Positions 22,688 to 31,741 of a DNA stretch of 32,000 nucleotides are shown here, piece by piece. Source of the stretch: Candidatus Saccharimonadota bacterium (lineage in GTDB: Archaea; Nanobdellota; Nanobdellia; Pacearchaeales; GW2011-AR1); NCBI GenBank assembly GCA_049511795.1, contig JBEKXS010000001.1, forward strand, positions 240,001-272,000. The letters run 5' to 3'. The notes below the pieces were generated by a model that ran no database searches, was not told the origin of the DNA, and saw only the letters and a list, made by a program, of their open reading frames with translations. The first letter of the stretch is position 1. The number at the start of each line of letters is the position of its first letter. A program made the translations under genes and the position numbers.

Positions 22688-23050
22688 ATGAAAAAAGAAG
22701 AAAAAAACAACCAAAAGAAAATGGAAGGAAAACAGACAGCTGTTTTAGCCAATGCTAATGACAGAGACTGCCCTATTCATGGGAATCTCAAGGCAAGGGG
22801 AAGAATTTTTGAAGGAAGAGTTATAAAGAAATTCCCTAACAGGGTAACAATTGAATTCGAGAGAATGGTAAGAAATCAAAAGTATGAAAGATACTCAAAA
22901 TCAAGAACAAAACTTCATGCAAGGCTTCCTTTGTGCATGGAAAAGGACATTAATGTAGGGGATTTGATAAAAATTCAGGAATGCAGACCATTAAGCAAGA
23001 TAATCCATTTTGTTGTAATTAAAAAAATAAAAGACAAAGGAGAAAAATAA
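22688..23050 (+). CDS. rps17: Ribosomal protein uS17
   Basis: 120 aa. RGRIFEGRVIKKFPNRVTIEFERM...GDLIKIQECRPLSK and the operon position fit uS17. Confidence 0.9.
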   Translation: MKKEEKNNQKKMEGKQTAVLANANDRDCPIHGNLKARGRIFEGRVIKKFPNRVTIEFERMVRNQKYERYSKSRTKLHARLPLCMEKDINVGDLIKIQECRPLSKIIHFVVIKKIKDKGEK

Positions 23051-23053
23051 AAA

Positions 23054-23455
23054 ATGAAAGCTGTATCTGCAAAAATAACACCCGGATTGAACATTGGCGC
23101 AGTTCTCGTTGCTGCCGACAATAGCGGAGCAAAACTTTTGAGGCTTGTCTCTATAAAAAGAGGCAAGGGAACAAAGGGAAGGCAGGGCAATGCAAGAGTT
23201 GCAGATATGGTAAAAGTCAGTGTAAGAAAAGGACTTCCAGACATGATGGGAAAAGTATATGATGCAGTTGTTGTCAGGCAAAAAAAAGCTTACAGAAGAC
23301 TTAATGGAGAAAGAATTGCGTTTGAGGACAATGCAGCAGCAATATTAAAGGATGAAAAGGGAAACCCCCAGGGAACTCAGATTAAAGGGCCTGTGGCAAG
23401 GGAGGTTTTGGAAAGATGGCCATCTGTGGCTAAAATAGCAGCTTTCGTTCACTAA
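23054..23455 (+). CDS. rpl14: Ribosomal protein uL14
   Basis: 133 aa containing VADNSGAKLLRLVSI. Confidence 0.95.
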   Translation: MKAVSAKITPGLNIGAVLVAADNSGAKLLRLVSIKRGKGTKGRQGNARVADMVKVSVRKGLPDMMGKVYDAVVVRQKKAYRRLNGERIAFEDNAAAILKDEKGNPQGTQIKGPVAREVLERWPSVAKIAAFVH

Positions 23456-23465
23456 AAAAATTAAA

Positions 23466-23897
23466 ATGAAAAAAAAGTTTTCAACTTCATGGATATCAAG
23501 CAAAAGACCCGGAAAGCAAAGAAAATACGCAGCGAAAGCTCCTTTGCACTTGAAAAGAAGTTTCCTGAATGCAAACCTCTCAAAAGAATTGAGAAAAAGA
23601 TACGGAAGAAGAAGCTTCGCATTAAAGAAAGGAGATATTGTAAAAATAATGAGGGGGAACTTCAAGAAAAAAACAGGAAAAATAATCGAAGTTGACACAA
23701 AAAACATGAAAGTTCAAATAGAGGGGATGCAGATTAAAAAGCAAGATGGTTCAAAAGTAAACGTAAAATTCACTCCTTCATTTTTGCAGATAATAGAATT
23801 AAACATTGAAGACAAGAAAAGAAACGATTCAATAATGCGTTCAAAGAAAAAAACAGAAACACAAACACCAAAAGGAGAAAAGAAAAATGCACCTTAA
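23466..23897 (+). CDS. rpl24: Ribosomal protein uL24
   Basis: 143 aa with the KOW motif KKGDIVKIMRGNFKKKTGKIIEVD and a basic C-terminal tail. Confidence 0.9.
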   Translation: MKKKFSTSWISSKRPGKQRKYAAKAPLHLKRSFLNANLSKELRKRYGRRSFALKKGDIVKIMRGNFKKKTGKIIEVDTKNMKVQIEGMQIKKQDGSKVNVKFTPSFLQIIELNIEDKKRNDSIMRSKKKTETQTPKGEKKNAP

Positions 23898-24537
23898 AAT
23901 TCAGGAAGCTCCAAAGAGCTGGCCAATATACAGAAAAGGAAGAAGATATGTAGTTAGACCAAGTTCAAACCTTAATTCGGGACTTGCCTTCCTGACTGTA
24001 CTAAGAGACATGGCTAAAGTAGTTTCAAACAGGAAAGAAGCAAGAAGGCTCATATTCCTTAAGCATGTTCTTTTAAACAACAAAATTCCAAAAGATGAAA
24101 AAGAAGCCGTGGGTCTTTTTGACACAATATCTTTGGTAAGCATGAAGAAAAATTACAGAATTGACATTTCTGAAAAAGGAAAGTTTGAGCTTAAGGAAAT
24201 AAATGAAAGCGAAGCAAACAAAAAAGTCGCCAAGCTTGTTGACAAAAAAACGCTTAAGGGAAAGAAAACACAGCTTAATCTTCAGGACGGAAGAAATTTC
24301 CTTTCAGAAATGAAATGCAGTGTAAATGACTCTGTTCTGATAAATTTCAAGGATAAGAAAATAGAAAAATGCCTTCCAATGAACAAAGGTTCAAGGGCTG
24401 TTGTTTTCGTAGGAAAACATTCTGGAAAAAGAGGGGAAATAAAAAGTATTGATTTAAACAAAAAAACTATTGAGATGGAAACAGGAGACAAGGAAAAACT
24501 GAATGTTTTGCTCAAGCAGATAATAATAACAGAATAA
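23887..24537 (+). CDS. rps4e: Ribosomal protein eS4
   Basis: 216 aa. The operon position, the 11-nt overlap with rpl24, and an S4e-like N-terminus (APKSWPIYRKGRRYVVRP) fit eS4. Confidence 0.85.
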   Translation: MHLKIQEAPKSWPIYRKGRRYVVRPSSNLNSGLAFLTVLRDMAKVVSNRKEARRLIFLKHVLLNNKIPKDEKEAVGLFDTISLVSMKKNYRIDISEKGKFELKEINESEANKKVAKLVDKKTLKGKKTQLNLQDGRNFLSEMKCSVNDSVLINFKDKKIEKCLPMNKGSRAVVFVGKHSGKRGEIKSIDLNKKTIEMETGDKEKLNVLLKQIIITE

Positions 24538-24538
24538 A

Positions 24539-25033
24539 ATGAACAAAATGAGAGAAATAAAAATAGAGAAAGTTGTCCTTAGCGTAGGCGGCACTGGAGA
24601 AAACCTTGAGAAAGGCGTCAAGCTTTTGAACATTATAACAGGAAGAAAGCCATCAAAAAGAAGGTCTCACAAAAGAATTCCTGCATTTGGAGTAAGACCA
24701 AAGCTTGAAGTAGGCGCAATGGTAACTTTAAGAGAAAATTTTGAAGATCTTGTCAGAAGAATGCTTGCAACAAAAGATAATACACTCAAGAGAAGCCAAA
24801 TAAAAGAAAACAGTTTTTCATTTGGTGTTAAAGAATACATTGAAATACCTGGTATTGAGTACCAAAGAGAGATAGGAATAATGGGATTTGATGTCTCTGT
24901 TGCATTCCAAAGAGCAGGAAGAAGAGTAAAGTTAAGAAAAATAAAGGAAGGGAAAGTTCCCAGAAGAAATGATGTTACAAAGGAAGAAATAATAAAATTC
25001 ATGGAGGATAAATTTAAAACAAATTTCGTTTAA
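24539..25033 (+). CDS. rpl5: Ribosomal protein uL5
   Basis: 164 aa containing IEKVVLSVGGTGE and GIMGFDVSV. Confidence 0.95.
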   Translation: MNKMREIKIEKVVLSVGGTGENLEKGVKLLNIITGRKPSKRRSHKRIPAFGVRPKLEVGAMVTLRENFEDLVRRMLATKDNTLKRSQIKENSFSFGVKEYIEIPGIEYQREIGIMGFDVSVAFQRAGRRVKLRKIKEGKVPRRNDVTKEEIIKFMEDKFKTNFV

Positions 25034-25043
25034 AAAATAAAAA

Positions 25044-25274
25044 ATGACAGCAAGTGATTGGAAAAAAATATTGAAGCAGCTTGAAAACAAGCCTGAAAAA
25101 AAACAGAAATTCCTAAAGCACAATGAGCCAAAGAAAAGAAAGATAGGAATTGCAGCAAAGAAATGCGAACGCTGCGGGCGTTTCGGCGCTCATATAAAAT
25201 CATACGGACTAAATTTATGCCGACATTGTTTCAGGGAAACGGCGCAGGAAATCGGCTTCAAAAAATACAGCTAA
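25044..25274 (+). CDS. rps14: Ribosomal protein uS14 (zinc type) with N-terminal extension
   Basis: 76 aa with C-terminal [25 protein letters not shown]. Confidence 0.9.
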   Translation: MTASDWKKILKQLENKPEKKQKFLKHNEPKKRKIGIAAKKCERCGRFGAHIKSYGLNLCRHCFRETAQEIGFKKYS

Positions 25275-25275
25275 A

Positions 25276-25656
25276 ATGTCACAAGATGTTGTTTCAGATG
25301 CACTAAATATGATGAGGAATGCCATAAAGGCAAGAAAGGAAACTCTTGAAATAAAAAGAATTTCCGGCTTACTTATAGAAGTGCTCAAAATAATGAAGCA
25401 AAAGAACGCAATAAAAAGGTACAAGATAGATTCAAGGAAGAAAACTGTAGAAATTGATATCGGAACAATGGTCGAATGCAGGGCAATAAAGCCAAGATTC
25501 ACTGTAAAGAAAGAAGATATTGAAAAGTACAGAAGAAGATTCCTTCCTGCAAGGGGAATAGGAACAATAGTAGTATCGACAAACAAAGGTCTTATCACAC
25601 ATGATGAGGCTGTTGAGAAAGGGACAGGAGGGTCTCTTATCGCATACTTTTACTGA
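25276..25656 (+). CDS. rps8: Ribosomal protein uS8
   Basis: 126 aa. DVVSDALNMMRNA is at the N-terminus and GGSLIAYFY at the C-terminus. Confidence 0.95.
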   Translation: MSQDVVSDALNMMRNAIKARKETLEIKRISGLLIEVLKIMKQKNAIKRYKIDSRKKTVEIDIGTMVECRAIKPRFTVKKEDIEKYRRRFLPARGIGTIVVSTNKGLITHDEAVEKGTGGSLIAYFY

Positions 25657-25664
25657 AAATTAAA

Positions 25665-26207
25665 ATGAGAAAAGAACTTTACAAAGAAGTAGAAGTCCCA
25701 AGCGGAGTTGAAGTTGAAATAGATGGAGGCTTGTTCAATGTTAAAGGAAAAGAAGGAGAAAATTCAAGGATGTTTAAAACAAAAGGATTGGAATTTGTGA
25801 AAAAAGATGGGAAAATATCAATCGGAAGCAAAAATTCAACAAAAAAAGAGAAAAAAATGATGAACACAATCGCGGCACATATAAGCAATATGATTAAAGG
25901 CGTCCAGGAAAAGTTTGAATATGAATTAAAATCAGTTTTCAGCCATTTTCCAATAACAATCGAGGCAAAAGGCAGAGAAGTTTTAATAAAAAATTTCCTT
26001 GGAGAGAAGACACCAAGAAAAGCTACTCTTCCTGAAAAAGTTGAGATAGAAATTAACGGAAATGTGATAAAAGTAAGGTCAATAGACAAGGAACTTGCAG
26101 GGCAGGCTGCTGCAAAGCTTGAAACAGCCACAAAAATAAGGTCAAGAGACAGAAGAGTTTTCCAGGATGGAATTTTCATGACAAAAAAAGTCGGGAGTGA
26201 AATATGA
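25665..26207 (+). CDS. rpl6: Ribosomal protein uL6
   Basis: 180 aa with the correct operon position and the two-domain uL6 pattern. Confidence 0.9.
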   Translation: MRKELYKEVEVPSGVEVEIDGGLFNVKGKEGENSRMFKTKGLEFVKKDGKISIGSKNSTKKEKKMMNTIAAHISNMIKGVQEKFEYELKSVFSHFPITIEAKGREVLIKNFLGEKTPRKATLPEKVEIEINGNVIKVRSIDKELAGQAAAKLETATKIRSRDRRVFQDGIFMTKKVGSEI

Positions 26208-26551
26208 AATTCTTAAGGCGTGGAACAGGAATGCATCTTTTGATAGGAAAGAAGAGAAAAAAGCTCAGAAAATGGAGAAAGCCAAAAGGAAGAAGCAACA
26301 AAATGAGGGAAAACAGAAAGGGAAGAGCTCCAATAGTAAGCATTGGCTACAAAAACAAGGTTGAAAATAAAACAAAAATTATGGTTTACAATTTAAAAGA
26401 TTTGGAAAATGCAAAAAAGTATAATATTGTCATCTTGGGTAGCGTCGGAAAAAAGAATAAAAAAGAAATTTTAAAAAAGGCAGTAGAAATGAAGGTAGAT
26501 TTTCAAAACATAAATGCGGCAAAATTCCTTAAGAAAAATGAATCTAGGTAA
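26204..26551 (+). CDS. rpl32e: Ribosomal protein eL32
   Basis: 115 aa, basic, between rpl6 and rpl19e. It overlaps rpl6 by 4 nt. Confidence 0.8.
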   Translation: MKFLRRGTGMHLLIGKKRKKLRKWRKPKGRSNKMRENRKGRAPIVSIGYKNKVENKTKIMVYNLKDLENAKKYNIVILGSVGKKNKKEILKKAVEMKVDFQNINAAKFLKKNESR

Positions 26552-26945
26552 AAAGAAAAAACTGGCAATGAGAACCCTTCATGTGGGAAGTAGCAGAATT
26601 GTTTTTCTAGAATCAAGGCTGGACGAGATAAAAGAAGCAATAACAAAACAGGACATTAATGACCTTGTCAAAAATGGGGCAATAATAATAAAAGAAGGAA
26701 AAGGAAGAAGAAAAGTCCAGAAAAACGGGAAAAGCAGAAACATGGGCAATGTAAGAAAAAAGAAAAGGAACAGGAAAAGAAATTACATAATCCTGACAAG
26801 AAACTTAAGGAATTATTCAAGAAGCCTTAAGGCAGAAGGAAAAATTACAAAGGAAAAATTATCAGAGATAATGAGAAAAATAAGGAATAAGGATTTCAAG
26901 AATAAATCGCAGGTCAAGGAATATTTAGCAGGAGTGAAAAAATGA
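26538..26945 (+). CDS. rpl19e: Ribosomal protein eL19
   Basis: MNLGKKKKLAMRTLHVGSSRIVF... The start is set at the internal Met, giving a 14-nt overlap with rpl32e. Confidence 0.85.
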   Translation: MNLGKKKKLAMRTLHVGSSRIVFLESRLDEIKEAITKQDINDLVKNGAIIIKEGKGRRKVQKNGKSRNMGNVRKKKRNRKRNYIILTRNLRNYSRSLKAEGKITKEKLSEIMRKIRNKDFKNKSQVKEYLAGVKK

Positions 26946-27436
26946 AAACAATAAGGCGAAGAAGAAAAGAAAACAAGACAAATTACAATATAAGAATGAA
27001 TCTTTTGAAAAGTGGAATGCCAAGAGTTGTTTTCAGAAAAACTGACAAATACATTATAGGGGAATATGTCACAAGCGATGAGGCAAAAGACAAGGTTGTT
27101 TTTGGAATTACATCAAAAATATTGTTAAAGAATGGGTGGCCTGAAGATATGAAAGGAAGTTTGAAGTCTCTTAGTGCTTCCTATCTTACAGGATTCATTT
27201 TTGGAAAGGAAATAAGCGAGAAAAAGCTGCAAGTTCCTGTATTGGATATAGGAATGACAAGAAATGTTGCAAAGGGAAGAGTTTTTGCATTTGTCAAAGG
27301 AATTATTGATTCAGGAATAAAAATGAAATCAGGGGCAGAAGTCTTTCCAAGCGAGGAAAGAATAAATGGAAAAAACATGAAAAAAGATTTTTCAGCAACA
27401 TTCATTAAGATTAAATCAAAAATAGAAGGAAAATAA
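26942..27436 (+). CDS. rpl18: Ribosomal protein uL18
   Basis: 164 aa. RRRRKENKTNYNIRMNLLKSGMPRVVFRKT is present, with an ATGA overlap with rpl19e. Confidence 0.9.
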   Translation: MKTIRRRRKENKTNYNIRMNLLKSGMPRVVFRKTDKYIIGEYVTSDEAKDKVVFGITSKILLKNGWPEDMKGSLKSLSASYLTGFIFGKEISEKKLQVPVLDIGMTRNVAKGRVFAFVKGIIDSGIKMKSGAEVFPSEERINGKNMKKDFSATFIKIKSKIEGK

Positions 27437-27438
27437 AA

Positions 27439-28314
27439 ATGGAAAAAAAGGCAAAAGTAAAAAAACAGGAATTTGAAGACACGAAAAAAACAGTCGAAGC
27501 TCACAAAACAATGAGTGAGGAAGAAGCTGAAAAAATGGCTGAAAAGCCAGAGGAAGTTACTGAGAAATTAATTGAGTCAGAAATAATTCCTGAAGAAATC
27601 ATAAAATCTGTTGCATCCCCTGAAGAAATTGTTGTTAAGAGAGGAGATAGATTCAAGGGAAAAAGCAGAGAAGAAATTCTTTCTGAATGGGAACCAAAGA
27701 CAAAGCTTGGAAGAGAAGTAAAGGATGAAAAAATAACAAACATTGATGAAATACTTGACTCAAAAAGAAAAATACTCGAAGAGCAGATAGTTGACAAGCT
27801 TCTTAATTTAAAAACAGATCTTATTCTTATAGGCCAGGCAAAGGGTAAATTCGGAGGAGGAAAAAGAAGGGCATGGAGGCAGACTCAGAAAAAAACACAG
27901 GAAGGAAATGTCCCTACATTCTCAACAATGGCTGTTGTAGGAGACGAAGCAGGCCATATTGGCGTCGGAGATGGAAAAGCCAAGGAAACTCTTCCTGCAA
28001 GAGATAAGGCAATAAGAAAAGCAAAGCTTGCAATCATAAAAATAAGAAGGGAATGTTCAAGTTTTGACTGCTCATGCAATGAGCCACACACTGTTCCATT
28101 CAAAGTTACAGGAAAAGCCGGAAGTGTAAGAGTAACTCTTATACCTGCACCTCAAGGAACAGGACTAGTTGTTGCGAATGAATTAAAAAAAATACTTAAG
28201 CTTGCAGGAATAAAAGATGTTTACAGCAAAACATTCGGAAGCGGAAGAACAACATTCAATATGGTAAAAGCCTGCATTGATGCTTTAATTAAAACAAACC
28301 AAAAACTAAAATGA
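27439..28314 (+). CDS. rps5: Ribosomal protein uS5 with acidic N-terminal extension
   Basis: 291 aa. The core (WEPKTKLGREV...VVGDEAGHIGVGDGKAKE) is preceded by about 80 aa rich in Glu, Lys and Ile. Confidence 0.9.
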   Translation: MEKKAKVKKQEFEDTKKTVEAHKTMSEEEAEKMAEKPEEVTEKLIESEIIPEEIIKSVASPEEIVVKRGDRFKGKSREEILSEWEPKTKLGREVKDEKITNIDEILDSKRKILEEQIVDKLLNLKTDLILIGQAKGKFGGGKRRAWRQTQKKTQEGNVPTFSTMAVVGDEAGHIGVGDGKAKETLPARDKAIRKAKLAIIKIRRECSSFDCSCNEPHTVPFKVTGKAGSVRVTLIPAPQGTGLVVANELKKILKLAGIKDVYSKTFGSGRTTFNMVKACIDALIKTNQKLK

Positions 28315-28727
28315 TATGCATAATAAGAATATCCGGAGATGTAAAACTTGACCATGGAGTCAGGGAAACTTTGAATAGGCTGAGACTTGGAAGAAAATAT
28401 GCCTGTGTTGTTATAAATCCAAAGAAAGAGGAGATTGGAATGATAAACAAAGTAAGAAATTTCATTGCATTCGGAACCATAGAAAATAATATTTTTGAAA
28501 AGCTTATAGAAAAAAGAGGGAAGAGAATTGACAAGAAGAAAATGGTTGATGCAAAAAAAGTAATAGAGGGACTGGATAAAGGAAAAAAATATGAGGAATT
28601 AAATTTGAAGCCATTTTTTAGGCTTCATCCACCAAGAGGCGGAATAGATAGCAAAATTCATTTTCCAAAAGGAGTTTTAGGTGATAATGGAGAAAAAATA
28701 AATGACCTTTTGGTGAGGATGTTATAA
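28311..28727 (+). CDS. rpl30: Ribosomal protein uL30
   Basis: 138 aa. IRISGDVKLDHGVRETLNRLRL is present, with an ATGA overlap with rps5. Confidence 0.9.
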   Translation: MICIIRISGDVKLDHGVRETLNRLRLGRKYACVVINPKKEEIGMINKVRNFIAFGTIENNIFEKLIEKRGKRIDKKKMVDAKKVIEGLDKGKKYEELNLKPFFRLHPPRGGIDSKIHFPKGVLGDNGEKINDLLVRML

Positions 28728-28728
28728 A

Positions 28729-29226
28729 ATGCCATTAAAAAGAACAAAGAAAAGGAAAAGAGTCTCCAGAATGAGGGGAAGAGGAGCGGGAACCCATGGC
28801 TGGGGAGCGAGAAAGAAACATAAAAAGTCAGGACACCGTGGGGGAAAGGGAATGGCTGGAACAGGCAAAAGAGCTGACCAGAAAAAAACCCTTGTAACAA
28901 TGCTTTATGGTCATAATTATTTCGGAAAGCAGGGAGTTACAAGCAGAAAAACAGAAAGAGACAAAAGATTGAGAATTAATTTAAGAGACATTGAATTCAA
29001 TATTGAAAGTTTTGTAGAAAGAGGTATTGCGAAGAAAACTGCAAAGGGTTTTGAGATAAATCTTGAAAATTACAAAATTCTTGATAGTTCAGAAGAATAT
29101 AAAGTAACAAACAAAATGTTCATAAAGGCTCTTGGAGCTTCAGAATCTGCTATAGAAAAAGTAAAGAAAGCTGGCGGAGAAATTTTGTTGAAGAATAAGC
29201 AGGCTGAAGAAGAGAAAGCTGAGTGA
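28729..29226 (+). CDS. rpl15: Ribosomal protein uL15
   Basis: 165 aa with a Gly/Arg-rich N-terminus (RGRGAGTHGWGARKKHKKSGHRGGKG). Confidence 0.9.
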   Translation: MPLKRTKKRKRVSRMRGRGAGTHGWGARKKHKKSGHRGGKGMAGTGKRADQKKTLVTMLYGHNYFGKQGVTSRKTERDKRLRINLRDIEFNIESFVERGIAKKTAKGFEINLENYKILDSSEEYKVTNKMFIKALGASESAIEKVKKAGGEILLKNKQAEEEKAE

Positions 29227-29256
29227 ATCTCATTTTAATAAACTTAAATTAATCAT

Positions 29257-29269
29257 AAAGGTTTTAAAC
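29257..29269 (+). promoter_or_regulatory. Putative TATA box for secY
   Basis: AAAGGTTTTAAAC lies about 28 nt upstream of the ATG at 29293. Confidence 0.3.
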
Positions 29270-29292
29270 GATGTTAAATAGGTATAGTTAAG

Positions 29293-30732
29293 ATGGCAGA
29301 TTTAAGAAATATTTTTGGTCTGATTCCTGAAGTTAAAAAACCTGATGAGAAAAAATTAGGGTTCAACACAAAATTAAAATGGACTTTAATCGTTCTTGGC
29401 GCTTTTTTTATACTTGCAAATATTCCATTATTTGGGCTGTCTTCTAATTCCCTTTCTCAATTTCAGTACCTTGCAATAATTCTTGGAACTGATTTCGGGA
29501 GCATAATATCTCTCGGTATTGGGCCAATAGTTACAGCATCGATTATTCTTCAGCTTCTTAATGGTGCAGGAATAATAAACATAGATACAACGACTGATGA
29601 AGGGAAAAAATTCTTTCAAGGAATACAAAAATTACTTGTGTTCTTTTTCATAGTTTTCGAAGCAGCTGTTTATGTTGTCCTTAAGGGATTGCAGGCTGCT
29701 CCCGGGCTTGGATTTCTTTTGATACTCCAGTTGATATTAGGAGGAGTTGCAATCTACTATATGGATGAATTAGTGCAGAAATGGGGATTTGGTTCTGGTG
29801 TAAGTCTTTTCATCGCTGCAGGTGTTTCATGGAGGATCATAACAGGAGCTTTCCAGTTTATAGACCAACAAGGAAGAAACTGCCTTCTTGATTTTAAAAA
29901 TGTCCCTTGTTCAGGTAAAGTTCTTGTTCTTATTCAATCTCTGATAAACAGATTGCCTACAGAACTTCTTTCAGCAGCTGGTGCAATAATTGCAACAGTT
30001 GGAATTTTCCTTTTGATAGTATGGGCACAATCATTGAAAGTTGAAGTCCCTCTTTCATTCGGGAGAATAAGAGGATATGCAATGAAATGGCCATTGTCAT
30101 TCTTCTACTCATCTGTTATACCTGTTATTTTCACAGCTGCATTGATTGCAAACTTCCAATTGTTTGCAGGAATAATACAAAATGCCGCTGCATCGTGCGC
30201 TTCAGGGGCAGCGTGCGGTAGCATTGCAAAATTTGCCTCATATTTCACATTCCTCGGGCAGTTTTCTCAGGGTCAGCCTATTTCTGGCCTTGCATTCTGG
30301 CTTGGCTCAACAAATCTTCTTGATTTGATAATCAGAGGAGGATTCTTGCCAATATTTTTGTTCCAAGGGATAACACACATAATATTTTTCATGTTTTTCT
30401 CGACGCTGTTTGCAGTATTCTGGGTAAAAACTTCAAACATGGATGCAAAAAGTCAGGCACACAATATTACTTCTTCTGGATTGCAGGTTGCTGGATTCAG
30501 GCAGGATGAAAGAATAATTGAAAGCATTCTTGACAGATATATCATGCCACTAACAATAATGGGTGGATTAGCAATAGGACTTTTAGCAGCTCTTACAGAT
30601 TTGCTTGGAGCTCTTGTTTCAGGAACGGCAATTCTTCTTGTAATTATGATATTATTCCAGTTCTATCAAAACATTGCCCAGCAGCATCAAATGGATATGT
30701 CTCCAATGATGAGAAAATTCGTGAAGGTTTAA
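29293..30732 (+). CDS. secY: Protein translocase subunit SecY
   Basis: 479 aa, 10-TM pattern, conserved position after rpl15. Confidence 0.95.
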   Translation: MADLRNIFGLIPEVKKPDEKKLGFNTKLKWTLIVLGAFFILANIPLFGLSSNSLSQFQYLAIILGTDFGSIISLGIGPIVTASIILQLLNGAGIINIDTTTDEGKKFFQGIQKLLVFFFIVFEAAVYVVLKGLQAAPGLGFLLILQLILGGVAIYYMDELVQKWGFGSGVSLFIAAGVSWRIITGAFQFIDQQGRNCLLDFKNVPCSGKVLVLIQSLINRLPTELLSAAGAIIATVGIFLLIVWAQSLKVEVPLSFGRIRGYAMKWPLSFFYSSVIPVIFTAALIANFQLFAGIIQNAAASCASGAACGSIAKFASYFTFLGQFSQGQPISGLAFWLGSTNLLDLIIRGGFLPIFLFQGITHIIFFMFFSTLFAVFWVKTSNMDAKSQAHNITSSGLQVAGFRQDERIIESILDRYIMPLTIMGGLAIGLLAALTDLLGALVSGTAILLVIMILFQFYQNIAQQHQMDMSPMMRKFVKV

Positions 30733-30756
30733 AAACAACAACTACTTTTTTGAAAA

Positions 30757-31299
30757 ATGGATTCAGAAGGAAAAGAAGGAAGTTTTCGTGGTGTGTTTAT
30801 AGCAGTCCTTATCTCTATACTTATAGCTTCATTTTACAACAGTGTTCCTTTGATTAAAAATTCTGTTGAAGCTGTTTTAAATCCAACAGCAGGCGCGCTT
30901 CTTATCTGGAATTTGACTCTTGGAATGACTGTTATAATTCTAATTCTTTCTTTATTTACAACAATTGTACAAAAGTATACAACTGATCAGGAAACTATGC
31001 GACAAATGAGAAAAGATCAGAAAGAAATGCAAGAGCAATTGAAAAAATTGGAAGTTGGCTCAAAAGAGCACACTGAATTAAGCATGAAATCAATGAAAAT
31101 AATGGGGCCAATGTTCAAGCTAAGCTTAAGGCCCATAATATATACAGCAATTCCACTTATCCTTTTATTCAGGTGGTTCGCAGACTACTTTACAATTGTT
31201 CATTTCAGTTTCTTGGGATTTCTTAACTGGTTTTGGTTTTATTTTATAGGAACAATAGTCTTTACATCAATATTGAGAAAAATGATGAATGTTGTTTAA
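30757..31299 (+). CDS. DUF106 / EMC3-TMCO1-like membrane protein (archaeal YidC/Oxa1-type insertase candidate)
   Basis: 180 aa with a TM helix, then a Lys/Glu/Gln coiled-coil (MRQMRKDQKEMQEQLKK), then further TM helices. This matches the DUF106 proteins usually found downstream of secY/adk in archaea. Confidence 0.65.
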   Translation: MDSEGKEGSFRGVFIAVLISILIASFYNSVPLIKNSVEAVLNPTAGALLIWNLTLGMTVIILILSLFTTIVQKYTTDQETMRQMRKDQKEMQEQLKKLEVGSKEHTELSMKSMKIMGPMFKLSLRPIIYTAIPLILLFRWFADYFTIVHFSFLGFLNWFWFYFIGTIVFTSILRKMMNVV

Positions 31300-31342
31300 G
31301 AAAACTTAAAAATCATTATTCTGTACTAAAAATAGGTTAAAA

Positions 31343-31741
31343 ATGGAAAAAGAAAAGCAGCAGGAGTTTGTTTTCAAATTAAGCATGTTTGAACAGCAGA
31401 TGAACCAATTGCAGGAACAAATGGAAGCTGTGGAAAAGGGGATAAACGATCTTAGCTCACTTAATTTTAGCCTTGATGACATTAAAAATGGTGTTGGTAA
31501 GGAAGTTTTAAGTCCTTTAGGAAAAGGAATCTTTGTAAAAGCAAATCTTGTTTCTGATGACTTAACAGTAGATATTGGGCAGGGAAATTTTGTTAAAAAA
31601 ACTATACCAGAAATAAAAGAGATAATAAAAGAACAGACAAAAAAACTAATTTCTGTAAAAAAAGAACTTGATGAAAATCTTGAGAGAATAAACAGAGAGA
31701 TGACAAAAACTTTGGAAGAATTCAGAAAAGCATCAGAGTGA
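31343..31741 (+). CDS. pfdA: Prefoldin alpha subunit
   Basis: 132 aa. Coiled-coil regions flank two beta-hairpins (EVLSPLGKGIFVKANL...LTVDIGQGNFVKKTIPE). Confidence 0.75.
   Translation: MEKEKQQEFVFKLSMFEQQMNQLQEQMEAVEKGINDLSSLNFSLDDIKNGVGKEVLSPLGKGIFVKANLVSDDLTVDIGQGNFVKKTIPEIKEIIKEQTKKLISVKKELDENLERINREMTKTLEEFRKASE

Noticed and set aside
22230-23480. Long A-runs inside coding regions (for example A8 in rpl29 and at the rpl24 start) as possible programmed frameshift or slippage sites
   Set aside because: Each gene reads through to a full-length conserved product in a single frame. The A-runs are simply Lys (AAA) codons in an AT-rich genome.
17743-29226. Dozens of 60-170-aa antisense or off-frame ORFs across the ribosomal operon and other genes (for example 18889-19392, 20040-20468, 21754-22149, 25679-26179, 5604-6089, 14946-15368)
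   Set aside because: They are shadow ORFs typical of AT-rich, Lys/Glu-rich coding DNA. AAA/GAA codons read as TTT/TTC on the opposite strand, giving Phe/Leu/Ser/Ile-rich pseudo-membrane sequences. Every one fully overlaps a confidently identified gene.
29860-30240. Four cysteines in two SecY loops (NCLLDFKNVPCSG and SCASGAACGS) as a possible novel disulfide or metal site
   Set aside because: I cannot judge this without an alignment or a topology model. Loop insertions in SecY are variable, so the evidence is too weak to report as a finding.
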